DNA of 64,000 bases, from assembly GCF_009914755.1 (NCBI RefSeq), contig NC_060938.1. One strand, 5' to 3'. Made by a program: the position numbers and the translations under genes. The stretch's first letter is position 1. Each line of letters opens with the position of its first letter. Below are positions 60,251-64,000 of this stretch, one piece after another. Origin of the DNA: the human T2T-CHM13v2.0 reference genome, Homo sapiens. Under the pieces are notes generated by a model that was given only the letters and a program-made list of their open reading frames with translations, ran no database searches and had not been told where the DNA came from.

Positions 60251-60984
60251 GGGGTCTTTTTTTTTGTGAAATGTGTTTACAATGTAATGAAAACCCTCTT
60301 TGTTTACCTAATGAAGACTACATTCTCCCAGTAGTAAAAACAAAACTCCTTTTCTTTGGGGACCAACTCACTTTCCTCCTTGGTAAATGCTAACTTTTGA
60401 CACTAAACTAACATGGGAGTGGTTGGGATATGAAGCCACAGATACAGGCCTGAGCCGACCATTTTATAATTCAGGTATATCTTTTGCCAAAAATGCCATA
60501 TCATTGTTTACCTTGACAGGTCTTGTAATAATTGAAATAGACAACATGAGGAAAAAATGTATATTGAATTAACCTTCTATATTTGAACAAGATTTAAGTT
60601 AGTGGCAGCAGGTTAAGAGTTCAAAGTTTTGTGAATTCAAGTCCAAAACATTGCTTAAATAAATATCTTACAACACTTATTAACCAAAAAAATATGGCTT
60701 TGAAAAATGGTGATGAGAATTTATAAAATGGAAAAAGAAAACGTATCACTCCTCTTCAAAGCTCTGCTCTCTGCTTTGTCACATTGTAGACCATTTCCTC
60801 ATCTATTCAAGTCAAAAGGCAATACAGGTTTTTCCAGAGCAAATTCATTTCTATGAGTGTGAGTGTGAGCCTAACTTAGAACAAAAGTGCTATTTTCCTA
60901 TGTCTAAAAGATGTCTTGGCAGCAAGAAGTACAAAAGAAAAAAAGGTGAAGTTGTGTGTGTGCGTCTGTGTGTGTTTAAGAGAA

Positions 60985-61120
60985 CTGGGAGTTCTAGTCT
61001 CAGTGTGCCATTGACAGTGTAAGTCATTTTACCTCTCTGCATCTCAGTTCCTTCATTTGTAAAATAACAGGGTTAAAGTTATGAATTATTAACTCCTTTC
61101 CACCTCTCACATCCTATGCA
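60985..61120 (+). mobile_element. MIR core
   Basis: aagtcattttacctctctgcatctcagttccttcatttgtaaaat. Confidence 0.7.
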
Positions 61121-61304
61121 TCTAGAGGCCTGGATTAAATCTCCAAACCGGGAGTGCAGGATCTTATGACAATTGCTATCTGGCTAGTCCTATTGACTCT
61201 ACATATATCCTCTCTGCCTGCCTAGAGGTATACGTCCCACTATAATAATCCTGCAAGCCTAGATGTAACTTTGTATTCTCAATTCTATTGCACATGTAAA
61301 AGGC

Positions 61305-61560
61305 TAGTGTAGTGTTGTGGTTAAAACAAACTCAAGTCAGATTACCTGGTTTTGAACCCAGCTTCACCACCCACCAGATGCATGACCTTGGGCCAGTTAC
61401 TTAACCTCCATGAATCTCAGTTTCCTCCTCAATAGGAAGGGTATAACAATAATAACAATCCATATTTCATAGGGTTACTAGGACCAAATGAGATGATCAT
61501 TGTAAAACCCTTAGAGTGGAACCCCAACCTTGGTTAGAGCTCAATCAAAACTAGCCACTA
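61305..61560 (+). mobile_element. MIR, near full length
   Basis: gtggttaaaac...tgaccttgggccagttacttaacctc...tcatagggtt. Confidence 0.8.
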
Positions 61561-62136
61561 AAATAAAATAGCCTCTTGTTTTCACATTATAGATTAATCA
61601 GTAAAATAGATTAATCAGAATATGTCACACACGACTCATAATGTTATTCTCTTCTAAACATTATTTGTAACATCTGTCTTTGTAGTTATGTCTGAGAGGG
61701 ACCCATGCTTTTATCACATTGTTAAAAATGGACACATTCTTATTGTCATCATGACAATTTTTACTCCTAAGACTGGAACGTCTCCTCTTTCTTAATAGCT
61801 GTGTACATAGTCAGAGTCAAAAAAGCCAGTGGATTTTGTAATATAGAGCAAATGACATTTGGAAAAATAAATAATAATTTATACAGCGCCTATCTGCAAA
61901 AAACGGTTTTAAAATCCTACTTGTATACATTAAAAGAAGCTAATATCTTTAAAATGTGAACTATGGCATTATTATATGTTTAAAAAGGCAAGTGTCTTTG
62001 TTCATCCCTAACAGGAGTCATGAGGTTTATTAGGCTAGAGTCATATTTACCATGCCCATGTTTTCGGAGAATCTTATTTGTATCTTCAAAGCATATCTAA
62101 TCATAGAATTCAAAATAATTTAGCTAAGGGTGTTAA

Positions 62137-62482
<346 letters not shown>

Positions 62483-64000
62483 TGACGCATTATATTAAAT
62501 AGCTACTGCCATCATGGAGGTTTAACTTTACAAGGGACATTATGAATATATCAAAGAAAGGTCAAGTAGGTTAATCTGAATAGCATAATACTATGTATGC
62601 AATGTAAAAAGTGTGTATATGCAATATTCTGTATAAAAAATCGCACTGCTAGTGATACATTGATGAGCTAAAAAAACATGGATTCTGTTGATTAGCAAAC
62701 TATATTTTGGTTAATCACAAATGACTTTTATTTTAAAGCTCAAACCTGATATTCAGAAAGATATTTTGACTGTCTCTCTGTTTTTGGTCTTCATAAAACT
62801 CTAAAATAGGAAGTTTGTCATCACCTCTTCTCTGAGCCTTTCCCTCCACTTCATTACCTTTCTGAATTCTCTGTCCCATGCTGAGTTCTTATTCCTGGCC
62901 ACACTCCTTTTTTCCCTGTCTACTCCTGACATTGTGCTATTCCAGGTCCAGAATAACGTAAAAATTGCTTTTTAGGAAGCCCTCTATACTGCAATGCCAT
63001 TGCTTTCAAGTCCTGGAAAAAAAAAAAAAACTCTTCAGACCTCACTTTTAGTTTACCCAACAGAGGATATTCTATGTCTGGCTGACATTACATTTCTCTG
63101 AATTCAACAATTTGGACTCTAGACTTAAGAATCATTCTCTTATTTTCTAGACTATTAAGAGCCATGTTTCTGAGGGCCGGTCCCCCTGAAAGGAAGCCCA
63201 CATCTCTGATCTGTGAGGGTGTAAGTGTGCTTATGCATGAGAAGAATCTAAGTAGTGTGAACTGAGCAGGTGCAAAACCAAAAAACTTATGTGAATAATA
63301 AAGAGCCAATGATTTGGGAACAGCAAATCGCAAGTTTGATTAAAGTGTGTCCTTAGAAAATTAGCAAAAGTGTTAGCGACTGAAGACCATGTTATATCAT
63401 GAGCAACTATGTATGTAGCTAGCTCCTTGTAGCCACCGATATTTCTGTCCACAAGTAAATGTCAGAGGAAAAATATAGATGTTACAAACTATAAATATTA
63501 AAATAACAAAGAGTGACTCTTTTATCTGCTATGATAATTAAAGTAATTAAAGAATGATATCCAAATTCACATTTTTACAGTAATTTTATTTTTATTCTTT
63601 CTTTTTTGTCATGTTTCTAATTCTGCACATCAACTCCCGTGGAGACATAACCATTGCAAACTAAAGTGATTTTCTCTAAATGAAGACAACACAATTGAGT
63701 CTTCTGTGCTACCTAGGTTCACAGTCTATTTCTAGCCAACAGAAAGACATTTGACCAAAAATTCCAAAAGAGAATCAATAGGTAAATAAAGAGCCAGGAT
63801 TGGGTTCTCTAATTCCAAGGAAAAGCTCAATGAATCTTTTCCCTAGTATCTTAAGGCTTGTAAAACTTGAAATAGCTGCTTCCTATGGAACCGAGTTTGC
63901 ATTACTCTTGTTAATAGTTAAAACATGTTTTTTTAAAAAAATTAGTGTCTCAAAGACAAGCTAAGAGTGTCCTTAAGAAATATGATATGAAACTGAACCA

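Overview
Primate (human or great-ape) non-coding DNA, AT-rich, with no intact protein-coding gene, RNA gene or CRISPR array that I can support. The only gene-derived sequence is a full-length, intronless, frameshifted RPL3 processed pseudogene (34262-35590, +) with a 14-bp TSD and an apparent cap-derived G. Repeats: about 20 Alu/FLAM copies, a 5'-inverted (twin-primed) L1PA2 with an unusually large internal gap, solo LTR12C and MER61 LTRs side by side in a CpG-retaining patch, MLT1/LTR16/LTR33, MER33/MER46C/MER53 DNA-transposon fossils, and old L1M, L2 and MIR pieces. Two things stand out. (1) An ~18-kb Alu-free tract (6.3-24.2 kb), plus smaller repeat-poor blocks, carries homeodomain/POU/SOX/MEIS/TCF motif clusters typical of developmental enhancer landscapes. 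My unverified guess is the OTX2/OTX2-AS1 distal region at 14q22.3. (2) Three dispersed, same-orientation local copies of 57-185 bp lie 0.5-2.5 kb from their donors and look like templated repair insertions. I found no evidence for a new protein-encoding system. Repeat subfamily names come from recalled consensus sequences, not a RepeatMasker run, and old-repeat boundaries are approximate.
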